From NCBI RefSeq assembly GCF_028641065.1, contig NC_073379.1:41850001-41914000 (forward strand): DNA of 64,000 nt. Direction: 5' to 3'. The translations under genes and the position numbers were made by a program. Shown here one piece after another: positions 22,936 to 36,439 of this stretch; positions within the stretch are counted from its first letter, which is position 1, and every line of letters starts with the position of its first letter. Source of the DNA: Leucoraja erinacea. Lineage: Eukaryota. The notes below the pieces were generated by a model, which worked only from the letters and a program-made list of their open reading frames with translations, ran no database searches and had not been told where the DNA came from.

Positions 22936-25489
22936 GTTGCAGTAAGTGAGAATTTAATTGCTGCAGTAAGTGAGAATTTAATTGCTCCATTCCAATGCAA
23001 ATGACAATTAAAGACGCTTGACATAAATGATCCTGCATGCTCATTCTGAAAAGTTATTAAAATTTCAACCTTAAACCATCTCTTTCGATCCTGTTTGCAC
23101 ATATCAAATATTAAAGTGCACCCTCATCAGTCCTATTTCGACTTTCACAAATGTACACTGTCCTCCCCAGGACCTCAATTATACCATTTACTTTAGGCAA
23201 CATCTGCATCCATTTCATTTTTCAGGATCTGAGCATAACTGACAAGGCCACCATTGCCATCCTAATTGCTCTTGGAATGTGTGGCTTGTTAGACTATTTT
23301 AAAGGAAATTTAAGAGACAGTCGTATGTACAGTGTGACAGTTGCAACCTGTCATATATTTTTGCTCAGCAACTTCCCCCACATGTTCGCAAACTGCCATT
23401 ATTGCCCTGTTTTCCCTAACACTTGATTACTGCCTTGATACTTCCTCGGCAGTAGATGCCAATCCTTGTGATCAATGTGACATTGGTAGGTTCCTCATGT
23501 TGCTATTGAATAAGGCAAATAACAAGAAGCTTTTTTGTGAACCATCTTGACATGGTATATTATAGTCGACGAACAACAATGGCCAATGCATAAATGTATC
23601 AAAAATCATATCACATGGTACAGATAGTTCTTGAAGATATAAACACATTCAATATATACCATTGTTAGGTTCCCATCCCCCTGACAATCTAATGAAATCT
23701 CTTCCCAGCTGCAATAACAATCCTCTCCACAAGTCCCTGCCCTGTGGAATTGCAAACTGTTTGGATTGTACTGATCCCATCTCCCCAGCACTGGTTCCAA
23801 TGCCACATGATTCAAACATGCTCCCTTCTAAACCATCTGCTAAGCTACACAATCATCTGCAGTTGTGTCCTACTTCCGTGCTTACTGACATGCAGTGTGG
23901 TCATAATTTTGAAATTACTGCCTTTAAGATCCTAATTATTAAACCCTCCAATGTGGATCACACACACTGGTTGTGACCCCTCTCCCATTGGATTGTTCTG
24001 CAGCCACTCAGCGACATCCTGGAACCTGGGACTTGGAAGGCAAACACAGCATTGCAAAATTACATGTATGGCCACTGAGATAGCCTTCCCCAAAATATTG
24101 AATTCCCTATCATTGTGACTTTTCCAACCCCTTCCATGGCACTGTGGTATGCCCTCCCCATATACAGTGCCATGGACTTGACTCAGGCTGTCCTCCTTTG
24201 CAGAACCATTGTTCCCTTCAGTATTAATGTAAGAAAACTTTGATTAAAAACAAGCCAACCAAAGGCACTGAAAAATGGCCAGTCTATAATTCACTTTAAT
24301 CTGGCTCTGAGGTAGGAAGTCAGACAACAGCAAAATGCTTTCCAGGCAGTTCTAATTATATTCGATTGCAAGGTAAATCTTTGAAACTCTGCAATATGCT
24401 ATTACTTTGTGAAGGAGAGTAGGTGGTTCCTCATCAGTGCCCAACAGACTGATTGCACAAAATCTGCTCAACTAATTGGGCTCTGTTTTTCTGCACGATG
24501 TGATGCAATTCAATAAAAATGTACAGCTCTGAAGCAACCTTCACAGTGATTGCCTCAGGTTCAATATTGCTTATAAGGGCAGTCACTCACTCTGTGTATA
24601 GGATGACATGAAGCACATTAATTTGAAAATTCTTGCTGGTTGCTTGTTTGCCAATTGCGCAGAATTGTATATCTCATGTCTTTCTTTTTAAAAAATGGTA
24701 GTCTGATAGTGTCATTTGACAAAGGGCAAAATAAAACATGATAATATTCTCAGAAAGCAAGGGAATATATGGCTTAGCTGGCAACACTATCGACTGTTGG
24801 TAGATTTTTTGTTCAAGCCCCACTCTGGGATGAGCATGAAAATGCAGGTTGACGCATCACTGCGTTACTGTCTGAAATGATGAGCTGCTGAAAATCCCAC
24901 CAAGTAAATTTAAAGGATCCTGTTTCTCTGATCAACATTTATCCGTCAATACTTGGAAACAATGAGGCACGCTATTTACGATGTCACTGTTAGTGAGTCC
25001 TTATAGTACATAAATTGTCTACCATGATTCCCACATTACAGCAGTAACCAAGCACCAAAAATACTTCATTAACTACAAAGGGCCACAAGGTGTCCTGAGA
25101 TCATGTCAGCCGACTGAAATGCCAATTGTTCCCTTGGTCATTTAAGTCCTGTATCACTGACACATCGGAATTGTTTACATTTCTACACCATTTTAATGGC
25201 ACCATTTGTTTATTGTTTTTCGTGCCACTTTGCTCTGCAAGGTCTGAAGTACACAGTGATCTTTAATTCAAGGTTGTAAGATAATATTTCACTATGAATA
25301 GTACTTTAGCTCCCTCTGGAGTATTTGCAAGAACATACACTAAGGCAAGACAACCGAGGTCATTTTTCATGAGTATTTTATAACCGTCCCATTAGAAGCT
25401 ATTATTTTGGTGTATGAATTTTGTGCTTAGTGAGGGAATCTTGTGCTGGCAGTAAAACACCTTACTTTCAGAATTTATTAAATATTCTT

Positions 25490-25845
25490 CTTCTTAGATG
25501 GTCTTTGGGATCGATCACTATTTTCTTTGTCATGCTGACATTGAGGGAAAGGTTGTTGTCTTGACACGAGTTTCTCAATTTCCTTCCTGTACTCTATCCC
25601 TTCATTATTTAATATCCGGCCCACTATAGTGGTGTTGTCTGCAAATTTGTAAAATTGAGTTGGATTTGTATCTGACTACACAGTCATGGTTGTATAAGGA
25701 ATACAAAAATTGCATTATTGCAGATTATCATAGAGAATGATTTGTCACCTATCCTCACTGACTGTGGTCTGTTGGTCTGGAACTTAAGGATCCAGTTGCA
25801 GAAATTTCTGCACCAAGTCGCTGCTCCAGGTTACATGAGTTTGGA
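25490..25845 (-). mobile_element. Rex1/Babar-like RT fragment
   Basis: Reverse complement of gtggtgttgtctgcaaattt reads KFADNTT (FADD-type motif). Confidence 0.5.
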
Positions 25846-26760
25846 ACTCAATTTTACTTGGACCATCTCCGACACCTCCAACTCCTTTCTTGATCTCAGT
25901 CTCCATCACAGGAAATAGTCTATCATCTGATGTCTATTACAAACCCACAGCTATCTCGACTACACTTCATCCCACCCTGCTTCTATCCCTTTCTTCCAAT
26001 TCCTCCATCTATGCCACATCTGCGCATAAGATGAAGTATTCTATACCAGGACATCCAAGATGTACTCATTCTTTAGGGAACGGGGGTTCCCCTCTCCCAT
26101 CATAGACGAGGCCCTCGTTCATGTCTCCTCAGTACCCTGCAGTTCCGCCCTTACTCCCCCTTACCCTAGTCGCAACAGACAGAGTCCCCCTAACCTTTCA
26201 CCCCATCACCTATCATATACAACACATAATTCCACCACTAGCCACATTTTCCCATCTCCATCGCTTTCTGCCTTCTGCAGAGACCGTTCCCTCCGCAACT
26301 CCCTGGTTAACTCATCCCTTCCCACCCAAACTACCCCCACCCCATGTACCTTCCCCTGCAACCGCAGAGGATGCAACACCTGTCCGTATACCTCCTCTCT
26401 TGACTCTGTCCAGGGATCCCGACAGTCCTTTCAGGTTGGGCAGAAGGTAACTTGCACCTCCTCCAAACTCATCTACTGTATCCGTTGTTCAAAATGTGGA
26501 CCCTTATACATCGGGGAGACCAAACACAGACTGTCAGCCCGCCTGAACCTACCCGATCTCCCGGTTGCTAAATACTTTCATTCTCCTTCTCATTCCCACA
26601 CAGACCTTTCTGTCCTAGGTCTCCTCCATTGCCAGAGTGAGGCTGAACACAAATTGGAGGAACAGCATCTCATATTTTGCTTGGGCAGCTTACAGCCAGT
26701 GATATGAATATTGATTTCTCTCACCTCTAATTCCATCTCCCTCTCTCTCTCTCCCTACCC
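25846..26760 (+). mobile_element. Penelope-like element, RT thumb + GIY-YIG endonuclease fragment
   Basis: ORF 26060-26707: FFRERGFP...FPCNRRGCNTC...IYCIRCSKCGPLYIGETK...LEEQHLIFCLGSLQP. Confidence 0.9.
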
Positions 26761-28089
26761 CATCTCCCCCTACCCTCCCAGTCGCAGCCCTGGCCTACAC
26801 TTCCCTGACCCCTAGTCCCCTACAATGATTCCTTCTTCATCTTCCAATCCAACTCATTCTCCACATCTCCCCATCTCTCGATCGCTCCTAGGACTGCCTT
26901 CTGTTGTCAGAGGGACGTCCCCTAGACTACCTTCCCGTTAACATCCCTCAGAAGACACCCACCCTCTAAATTATAGCTAACTGGTGTGTGCTTTAACCCA
27001 AGATCAGGATGAGTCCCTAAACTGGGAATGAGCCATCCACTAGCTTCTATCAAACTAGGTCCGAACACCTTCCCTCTCTGCACTTATGTCTCCCATCCCA
27101 TATCCACTAGTCCTGGCAGTATTCTCGTTCCCAAACCAAATGTTTTTAATCTTACTACTGCAGCCTGTACAAACCACTGTTCTACAATCTCCTCCTTCTC
27201 ACCCGCTCCCCCGTTGAGGAAAGTTCAAAATTCTCGGTCTATTCGGAAATTAGAAGCTATTCACAGGAGACCTTCACTTGACAGATGCACTGTACAGGAC
27301 ATGCCCCCATGGGACAGTTAAAGAGGACCAATTGCCTACCGAATCATGTCAATGTTGAAAATCCGAAGTGCATAAGCCTGTTCTCCTATTCATCTCTCAG
27401 ACAGTCAATCCTGGTCCTAGGTCAGTGTTAACCCTGTACAGGGAGACAAATTGTCTAAAAGATGTCCTAGGTCACCTTCCCCTGCCAGATTGAGGTGCCA
27501 CACCTTCTGCCCCAATATTCAGGGCATCATTCTTCGTTCTCATGGTAATAGGGACAGCTTATTCTGGCTGTATTGTCATATTGAATTTCTCTCACATCAG
27601 GTAACTCCCCTTTCATTTTCTCTATCTCTCTCTCAGTCTACAATTATTGTACTGCCCTGTGCTACTCGTTGAACCAATTTTGCACAAAGTTCTTTTTAGC
27701 ACCACAGCATCTCAACTCTCATTCTCCTCAGCTCCTCGTTTAACTGTATTGCCTTTATTCAGTGGAAAGTTTTTTATTCTCACCAGGTAAACCTTGTAAT
27801 CTTGTGAAAATTTTCGGTTTCATCCCTCTCTCTCGCTATCCTCTCACCTTCCGCTTATCTCACACGGGAATACGCGTTTTCAACAACATACAGGGAGAAT
27901 GCCATCCGCCTTTTGAATTAACGGTGCTTCCTTTACACTGGACTCTTTTTTGCTTTTATTCATTGTTTTTATCTCTCTACATCATCATATATTGATCCCT
28001 TATCCAACCAGTCTGAAGAAGGGTCTCAGAACGGAGTAGGGAGATAAAAGATGTCCGCGGACACTTCCGCTAGTTGGTCCACACAGTTC

Positions 28090-28340
28090 CTAATGGTGCG
28101 CCCAGGGACTCTGTCCAGGCCAGTTAACCTTTAGGAAGAGCAATCTAACTTCTGCAACAGTGACCCTGGGAAGAGGCACACTGGAGTCTGATAGGATAGA
28201 TGTCATTGCCCCATTAAATTCATCAGGTAGAACTGTACTACTAACAGTGATGTTGCTTGACTTCACTTTGCAGCCAATTATAGTATTGAGTCCATGACAT
28301 AGTCTGTAGCTGTCCAAATGCTTATATTGGGTCATGTTTA
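28090..28340 (-). mobile_element. Rex1/Babar-like LINE fragment
   Basis: LPDEFN...VTVAEVRLLFLKVN region that precedes the RT domain in this clade. Confidence 0.5.
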
Positions 28341-29492
28341 CCCTGGTATGGTCTCTTGGCATTCTTGTTCACTTTGGGAAGAGAAAGAGAGTGTTAGAGA
28401 GAAAGGCACTGACGGCTATATGTAATTTTATTCAATTTTATTAATCATCATCATCATCGTTGAAAACATTAGCGACATAGTGGTGCTGGTTTCCAACGGG
28501 AATGGTGACAGATGCACCACACATCTCTGTCCTCCAGTTCCTGCGGACCTCCGCCGCTGGAAGTATAGGATTTTGGTGTGTGCTTTATCATCATTCCTTA
28601 CAGTGCTATGTACGTCAGTGATCGCAACTTCTACTGAAGTGTGGATGGCCGTTGGCTCGCTAGAAGCTCATCCGCCCTGTGACAGGTCTTGTTTTTGGTC
28701 CTGCTGGGGGTCCACAGCCCCCTAACATGGCAAACCAGGTGGGGGAAAGACTGTTTAGACGCCGACTATCCGACCATGGAGCAGGTAGCACGGGATTACA
28801 TGATACTCGTAGAGGCGGGAAAATAAAATTTTATTTTATTAGCCATTTACTAAAGACATTAATCATGAAGACTGAAGAAACATCCTCAAATTTGGCTGCT
28901 TGCTGAAATCAGTATTCATATTATGTGTGCTTCATAAAGACATGCCATGATCCTTACTAACATGTTTGCACCAGAGCCATTCTCAAAGCAGCCCAGCGCC
29001 AAGGAAGCGTTATTACCAAATTCATTTTTCAGGATATTTCATCAAAATGCTGTATCTCACCTCGGATATGTCTCCTGCTGAGGTGAATCTAATCCACAGA
29101 AGTGCAAAGTATTAACTGCAGAGAAGCAGCCAATGTGGACCAATGAGATTGTTGCTTTATATCTTCCTCTCACTGTACTTAGTCTAATTTGATCAGAGTA
29201 TCCTTCTATTCCGAAAGTAACAAAGAAAATGGTAGCTGCTACATATTGGAATTAAAAACAGTTTAACTCGGAAAGGACGATCAGGTTTAACTGTTTAATA
29301 CAGAGGATAATGAAAATTTAGGAAGAAGATAATGCAAAAATGGTCATGGTTGAATTTGGTTGACATTTTAAAGAGGGGGTGCCTGGGACTGAACAGGCAG
29401 ACAGCATTTTTTCCCTTTAGATTAAGAAGTATTTGGTTCACAAAGAAAACCACAGTTGAACCAAGACCTCTCACCCATGTCCACCCTCAACT

Positions 29493-29626
29493 TGTTTAAG
29501 AAGGAACTGCAGATGCTGGAAAATCGAAGGTACACAAAAATGCTGGAGAAACTCAGCGGGTGCAGCAGCATCTATCGAGCGAAGGAAATAGGCAACGTTT
29601 TGGGCCGAAACCCTTCTTCAGACTGA
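29493..29626 (-). mobile_element. Solo PLE terminal module
   Basis: tgtttaagaaggaactgcagatgctgg...gaaacccttcttcagactg; hammerhead-like core with GAAA mutated to AAAA. Confidence 0.8.
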
Positions 29627-30455
29627 AGTTACTGTTATAGTGACGAACCGCATTTTTACAAAATCTAGTGTTGCAATTTTATTCTCCCAAAATTTCACTT
29701 AATTCCCCCCAGATTCTATCAATGCTTATAAACTTGGGGCAATTTACAGCAGCCAATTAACCTACCCATCTGTATATTTTTGGGATGCGAGAGGAGACCA
29801 GGGCACCAAGGGCAAACTTACCCGGTCACGAGATGAATGTGCAAACATCACGCAGACATACATACAATCTAGTCTAGAACTTACCGGTAAATACACAATG
29901 GAAAGAATAGAAACAATTGGTATCCCAACTGTACTTCACTCCATATAGTTCATCTTATTTCTTGAAAAGATCCTAGGATCGTTTGGTTTGTGTGACTCAC
30001 TGTCCATAGAATAAACTTACTAGACCCTATATCACTCATTATTCTTTTTCCTCTGCAACTATACTAAACAGTTTATCTGTAAGCAACAGCTTGAATTTAT
30101 CTGACCTTTTAAACAATAAAATGCTTTAAGACGCTTTGAATTTTGAAAATATTTTTGAGAGCTTTGCGTCTCAACAGTAGAAGGCAGAGTCACCAAATGT
30201 AAATTGATCAAAATCTGCCAACTGTAAGAGATTGTATTCGGAGCACAGAGACTTTACAAGACTGTACAGAATCAGAAAATATTATAAACACTCAGCAGGT
30301 CAAAGCAGCATTAGTGAAGATCGAACAAAGGATCTTCAACTCGAAGCATTAATTTTGTTTCTTTTTTCACAGATGCTGCCTGACCTGCAAGTCATACAGC
30401 ATGGACACAGGCCCTTCCACCCAACTTGCCTATGCCGACCAAGATGCCTCACTTA

Positions 30456-30760
30456 AACCCCTGTCTCACGGTGCGAGTCCACCCACGAGTGATCCCGAGT
30501 TAAAAACAAATCAAACTTGTGGTAATCACGTAGAATTAACGTAGCAGGAACGTCGGAACTCGTGGACGTAACTTAGCGACTCGTAACACTAACGGGCAGG
30601 TACTCGGGAAACTTGTTAACTTGTGAAAAATTTTCAACATGTTGAAAATTTCCACGAGTCAAATTTACTCTTGAAAGAAAAATTTGAAACTTTTAAACTC
30701 GTTGCAATACCATAGTAGCCCATGAGTTTACCGTAGTGACTCGTGAGTAACTCGTGGGTT
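30456..30760. mobile_element. Harbinger-type MITE fragment
   Basis: Starts ttaaACCCCTGTCTCACGG, with internal actcg/cgagt repeats like the 5857 MITE; no right TIR found. Confidence 0.5.
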
Positions 30761-32065
30761 TGGCCTGAGTGCCAGAAGTGAAATGTTGAAGATTAGTCAG
30801 ATCTTAATGGAAAATCTTTAGTGAAGGAGCAAAAAGCACTCACCGGGGATCTGAGAAACAGTGGCAAAAAGACCGAACCATGCGGTGTGGGGAAAGCCGC
30901 ATTGCGAGAGTTAATTTACATAGAAAGATAGAAAATAGGTGCAGGAGGAGGCCACTTGTCCCTTCGAGCCAGCCATTCATTGTGATCATGGCTGATCATC
31001 CACAATCAGTAACCTGTGCCTGCCTTCTCCACATATCACTTGATTCCGTGACTATAAATTAAACTAAACTATACATCTTGTATGTGTGCACTGTGGACGG
31101 CCTGATTCTAATCATGTATAGTCTTTCTGCTGACTGAAGCACGGAAGAAACAAAAACTTCTCACTGTACCTCGGTTTACAGGACAATAAAATAAACAAAA
31201 TATTCATCACAGTGCTGATCTCATGCAGCTGATGATGTGAAATTCAAAATACTGGCACTGTGGCCAGCAGTGGAGTTGCTGCCTTACAGCGCCAGAGACT
31301 GTAGTTCAATCTTGTTGCGTGCACCCAGTCAATGGAAATACTATATATGATTACAATCGAGCCGTCCAGAGTGTACGGATACAGGATAAAGGGAATAACG
31401 TTTATTGAGAGGGAATTGGTGAGCTTGGCTTTTAATTTTGGCGGGAATTATCGCGTTTGCTCGCTGAATTTATCAAAAGTAAGTTAATAATGCCTTACTT
31501 TTGATGAAATTCAGCGAGCAAATGCGATAATTCCCGATAATTTTGGACCTGTAAATATCCACGGCAAATGTCGGCTGTTCACTTCCGCCGGTTTGGCGGC
31601 ACCAGTTCCCTCTTGAATTTACCTTACTTGCTATCTTTTTTTTTCCCTGTAAATCTAGGTAGCTGTGCCTCACGGTCACCCCGACTGGCACAGTAAATTG
31701 CAGCTCACAACCTCGCCGTTTTCTATGTTTTTAACGGGTGGGAAAATGCGTTTTTTCCCATCCACTAACATGTACCGAACCCTCGAGTGTCCTCCACTTG
31801 AGAATTTTGGTCACGTGGGTGCGGATCTACGATCCAGTGACCTTTAGTGAAATCACCCTATACAGTTTAAGTCGCGACGGTGGGACGGCTGCTCTGACGG
31901 ACATACTGGGTGAGTAGAGAGACACACACTACTATCCCTCTGGTCTACGGACCTTGCTGTCGGGGAGGGGGAAAAATAACGTTAATGTTCAATTTAGCTA
32001 ATCTTTTTGTTAGAAGTTTACCAACGTTTTGATAAGAGATAAATTAAGGGAATAAAACAATCTTA

Positions 32066-32272
32066 CTAGACACAAAAAGTTGGAGTAACACAGCCAAGCC
32101 GGCAGCATCTCTGGAGGGAAGGGTCAAAACGTTTTTTCAGTCTGAAGAAGGGACTCGACCAGAAACGTCCCCCGTTCCTTCTCTCCAGAAATGCTGCATG
32201 TTCCGCTGAGTTAATGCAGCATTTTGTGTCTATCTTCGGTGTAAACCAGCATCTGCAGTTTCTCCCGACACA
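32066..32272. mobile_element. Degenerate fold-back PLE-terminus element
   Basis: Inverted arm starting tagacacaaaaag, then a + module with core ctgaagaagggactcgaccagaaacgtc (32142-32169) and tail; another minus module at ~32390-32515. Confidence 0.7.
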
Positions 32273-32641
32273 AAACTGCCTATGCCTTTCAATGATTGAT
32301 GCCAGACCTTGAACAAATGCAGTTCAAATGGAATTTTGAATGCAATTTTGGAAGGATTGTTTCTTGAAACAAACTGCTCTAAAAGTTTGAAGGAAGGAAT
32401 TGCAGATAGTAGTTTAAACCAAAGATAGACACAAAATGATGGACTAACTCAGCTGGTCAGGCAGCATCTCTGGAGAAAAGAAAAAGGTGATGTTTCGGGT
32501 CGAGATCGTTCTTCAAGCTGGATCTTTTTATAGTGTAAAAAATAACTGCATTACATCATTTTTACCATGTGATGATTTTTCCACACGTCGGTAGTCGTTG
32601 TTGGCTCAAGAGTAACTCGGGAGAGGAACTTGGTAACTCAA

Positions 32642-33205
32642 TAGACAATAGACTAGAGGTGCAGGAGTAGGCCATTTGGTCCTTAGAGCCAGCACCACCA
32701 TTCAATGTGATCATAGCTGATCATCCCCAATCAGTACCCCTGCCTTCTCCCCATATCCCCCGACTCCGCTATTTTTAAGAGCCCTATCTAGCTCTCTCTT
32801 GAAAGCGTATAAAGAACCTGCCTCCACCGCCCTCTGAGGCAGAGAATTCCACAGACTCACCACTCTCTGTGAGAAAAAGTGTTTCCACATCTCCGTTCTA
32901 GATGGCTTACTCCTTATTCTTAAACTGTGGCCCCTGGTTCTGGACTCCCCCAACATCAGGAACATGTTTCCCGCCTCTAGCGTGTCCAAGCCCTTAACAA
33001 TCTTATATGTTTCAATGAGATTCCCTCTCATCCTTCTAAACTCCAGAGTGTACAAGCCCAGCTGCTCCATTCTCTCAGCATATGAAAGTCCCGCCATCCT
33101 GACTGATGAAGAAGGACCCCCAGATCCTGTTGTCCTTCCCCATTTCCCAACTTGACACCATTTAGATAGTAATCTGCCTTCCTGTTTTTGCTACCAAAGT
33201 GGATA
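32642..33205 (-). mobile_element. CR1 3' fragment with internal deletion
   Basis: GLSYAERMEQLGLYTLEFRRMRGNLIETYKI...; joined to FGSKNRKADYYLNG. Confidence 0.88.
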
Positions 33206-33999
33206 GAGCAGAGTTGTATAATATTTGATTGCACCCTTCTTCACGGCGGGCTTGTGATCTTTGCTTGTGATGCCTTGACAATTCGAGGGATATAATGGAT
33301 AACAGCCGCCCATTCTCGGACTTGAATCTGAGCTCGAAAAAGCTCCTGGTCACTGGACCTAATGTGTCCCGCAGGCCATATTGTGGAGACCAATCCCTTA
33401 CAAGAACAAAACCCAAAACGTACAGAAGTGTTAAAATTGTCTTTATTATTATGGCAAGAAAAGATCTATTAAAAATAAGTCTAATAACTTTCTAATGTAC
33501 CGACAAACCCAGTTTCCCAATGGCCGTTGATGGGAGAACAGAAAATAACATTCTCACGACAGAATATCGACTGAAAATAATAAAAATATTTTCTCACCTT
33601 TCTTTTTTATTGGGGAACCTAAAGAGTGACAGGTCGGGTCGTTTAGATTTACGATTAGAATACTTGATAGCAGAGCAGTGAGATGGAATTTAGATAAGGA
33701 GCCATGACAGTGTGGGGGAAGCCCAATAAATGCCTCAAAAAATGGCGTCGACGGTCACACACGTGATACTACGCGTTTTTCGAGGAGTGAGTGGTCTATC
33801 TTGCTCCTCTATAATCTTTGCCCACCAGCCCCTGTGTGGGTTAGCGCTGCTCCACTCTGCAGCCCCCGGTGCCACCCAGCCCGTTACCATGGTAACAGAG
33901 ACCGGGGCTGGCCAGAGCCGGGTGACGGAGGGGGCGCCGGCGCCGCGCGTGTCACGTGCCGGGGGGGGGGGGGCGCGCTACAGGATCTTTGCTGGTGTC

Positions 34000-34097
34000 A
34001 TGGCCGCGGCGGGTGGAAGCGGCGGTTGTAGCGCTGTGCGCGCGCCCTGGTTGGTGGAGCAGGCGCGCGCCCTGAGAGCAGAGATGAAGAACTTGAG
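34000..34097 (+). CDS. TRMO: TRMO exon 1
   Basis: gtcATGG Kozak context; MAAAGGSGGCSAVRAPWLVEQARALRAEMKNL(R); donor AG|GTGAGc at 34098, phase 2. Confidence 0.78.
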
Positions 34098-34111
34098 GTG
34101 AGCGACCGTGG

Positions 34112-34490
34112 GCGGCATCTAGTCCCCGGGACCGGCATCAGTGGAGGGCCGTGGAGCGGCGGCATCTAGTCCCCGGTACCGGCACCAGTGGAGGGCCGTG
34201 GAGCGGCGGCGGCGGCATCTAGTCCCCGGGACCGGCACCGGCATCTGTGGAGGGCCGTGGAGCGGCGGCGGCAACTGGTCCCCGGGACCGGCACCGGCAT
34301 CTGTGGAGGGCCGTGGAGCGGCGGCGGCATCTAGTCCCCGGGACCGGCACCGGCACCAGTGGAGGGCCGTGGAGCGGCGGCATCTAGTCCCCGGCACCGG
34401 CACCGTGGAGGGCCGTGGAGCGGCGGCATCTAGTCCCCGGGACCGGCACCAGTGGAGCGGCGGCGGCGGCGGCGGCAACTGGTCCCTGGG
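34112..34490. repeat. GC-rich minisatellite in TRMO intron 1
   Basis: About 7 variable units built from GGCATCTAGTCCCCGGGACCGGCACC(A)GTGGAGGGCCGTGGAGCGGC. Confidence 0.92.
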
Positions 34491-34627
34491 ACCGACCGAC
34501 CGACTGGCTGGCCGTCCACCCGTCCGTCTCCTCCTCCTCACCAATGGCCCAGAGCAGCTGTAGACACTCGTCCGTCTTGTCTTTACAGAGCCCTCTGCCC
34601 ATGTTCCGAACCATTTGCTAGGTAGAT

Positions 34628-34750
34628 GGAGTCTCGACCCGAAACGTCACCTATTCCTTCTCTCCAGAGATGCTGCCTGACCCGCTGAGTTACTCCAGCA
34701 TTTTGAGTCCATCTTTGGTGTAAACCAGCGTTTGCTATTCCTTCCTACAC
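34628..34750 (+). mobile_element. 5'-truncated PLE terminal module
   Basis: gtctcgacccgaaacgtcacctattcc...ccttcctacac; flanks catttgctag / catttggtag (possible TSD). Confidence 0.75.
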
Positions 34751-35149
34751 ATTTGGTAGCCGTTACGATCATGCTGACCTATCGAACAGCAACAACACAA
34801 GCCCTTCGGCCCAACTCCCTCATGCCAACCAAGATGCCTTCTTGAGTAGTTGATTAATTGGCCAATATAATTACTAGAGCACTGAAATTTTTAGCACAAA
34901 CCAACCCTCCTTGGCTTTTGTATCTGTGATCTTACAACTCTTCCATTGGTGTAATGATGGTACAGGTCATAATTAGTGCATATGCTGATATCTAGAAAAA
35001 ATGGAGACAAGATGCTGGAATCTTGAGCAAAAACAAACTGCCGGAGGAACTCGGTATGTCAGACAGCATGCATGGGGAGGGGGAATGACATTTTGGGTCA
35101 GGACCGACCAGGTTTTCTGCCCAATCTCTCCACAGATGATAAAGCTCAA

Positions 35150-35985
35150 AGGTATTTTATTGGTCACATTCACATACACCGAGGTGTAACGAAGTGAAAT
35201 GCTTTTTGCCATTTTGCAGCACACAAAAAAAGAATACAGACATAACACCAATGAGAGTCTTAAACACAAAGAACATCCCCACACAATGGCTCCCACCATG
35301 AGGGAAGGCACAAAGTCCAGTCCCCAACCCCAGTTCACACATAGTCGGGCCTATTGAGGCCTCCACAGTTGCCTCTACGGAGGCCTGATGTTCCTGGCCG
35401 TTCTCGCCGGGTGTGGTGGTGCTCCGGCGTCGGGAGAGTCCTCACGGCGGCATGGGAACCCTCGAACGGCCGCCTCCGTACTGGAGGCCGCGGCTTCCAA
35501 AGCCGACAAGGCCGCGCCGGTTGGAGCTCCACAACTGGTGATCTCGTCGCGAGATCCCAGGCTCCCGGTGTAAAGTTCGGCGCCGCAGCCCGCAGCTGGC
35601 CGCTCCACAGTCCCGCAGCTCCGCGATGTTTTACTGGGCGGTCTCAGCTCACCGCAGCTCCAGCGCGGCGACCCAGGCAAGTCATCGCCGGCTCCACGAT
35701 AGCGCTCCACTGCTGTGACGCTGCCGAAGCCGAGGTTCTGGGCGGTCCGCGACAGGAAACGCCGCTCCAGGCCCACTGGTAGGCCGCGAGGATGGGTCGA
35801 AGCTGCAGCCCGGAGAAAAGCTGCCTCTCCGACCAGGTAGGGACCCTGAAAGGCAGTTTCTCCCTCCCACCACCCACACAAAAAAGTCTAGACCTCCAAA
35901 CAAAACACTTTAACTAACTAAAAATAAAACGGTGAAAAGACAGACAACTGCTGGCAGGGCAGCCGTGCACAGGACAGCGCCCCTC
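35150..35985 (-). mobile_element. GC-rich non-LTR retroposon (SINE-like, family unresolved)
   Basis: Reverse-complement LINE-type tail (tttattggtcacattcacatacac) attached to a CpG-rich body lacking recognisable protein homology. Confidence 0.45.
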
Positions 35986-36439
35986 TGAGTTCCCCAACAC
36001 TTTATTTTTTATCATGAAAAGGGGTTGGTGGGCTGCTTTTCTGTGCTTCACAATGATTGTAAGTGCAACTGTACTGCCCATCACAAATGGAGCAAATCTG
36101 ATGGAGGTGGAGTCCCATTTGCCTATAATTGACCCATATCCGTCTAAACCTCATGTGTAGGAAAGAACTGCAGATGCTGGTTTAAATCAAAGGTAGACAT
36201 AAAATGCTGGAGTAACTCGGCGGGACAGGCAGCATCTCCAGAGAGGAATGGGTGATGTTTCGGGTCACCTCTTTGTTCATGAATCTGTCCAAATGTTTGG
36301 GGTCACTACTTAAAGTGCCAAGGTGTGCAATGGGAGATCTGAAAAGCAACAAAGTGATAAAGCAAATAAAAGTACAAAAAATGCCAGAGAAGCTCAGCAG
36401 AACTGGAAAGAAGACGAATGAAGCTTGTAAAACGGCAGG

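Larger units (their letters stand above)
33830..34560 (+). promoter_or_regulatory. CpG island / TRMO promoter and first exon
   Basis: GC- and CpG-rich stretch around the TRMO ATG; perfect RFX X-box palindrome GTTACCATGGTAAC (33883-33896), E-box GTCACGTG (33951-33958) and a G-run at ~33961-33973. Confidence 0.7.

Noticed and set aside
33200-33820. Possible DNA transposon upstream of the TRMO promoter containing a YY1-like AAAATGGCG
   Set aside because: Could not define convincing TIRs or a TSD by eye.
33730-33999. Longer TRMO N-terminus from upstream in-frame ATGs (ORF 33730-34101)
   Set aside because: The region contains promoter motifs and has no recognisable homology; ATG 34000 has good Kozak context. 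Not excluded without TSS data.
34112-34490. CRISPR-like or coding repeat array
   Set aside because: No unique spacers and no cas genes in a eukaryotic intron; it is a minisatellite, and the overlapping ORFs result from GC richness.
35335-35903. Several overlapping 60-170 aa ORFs
   Set aside because: GC-rich repeat interior with no domain similarity or splice support.
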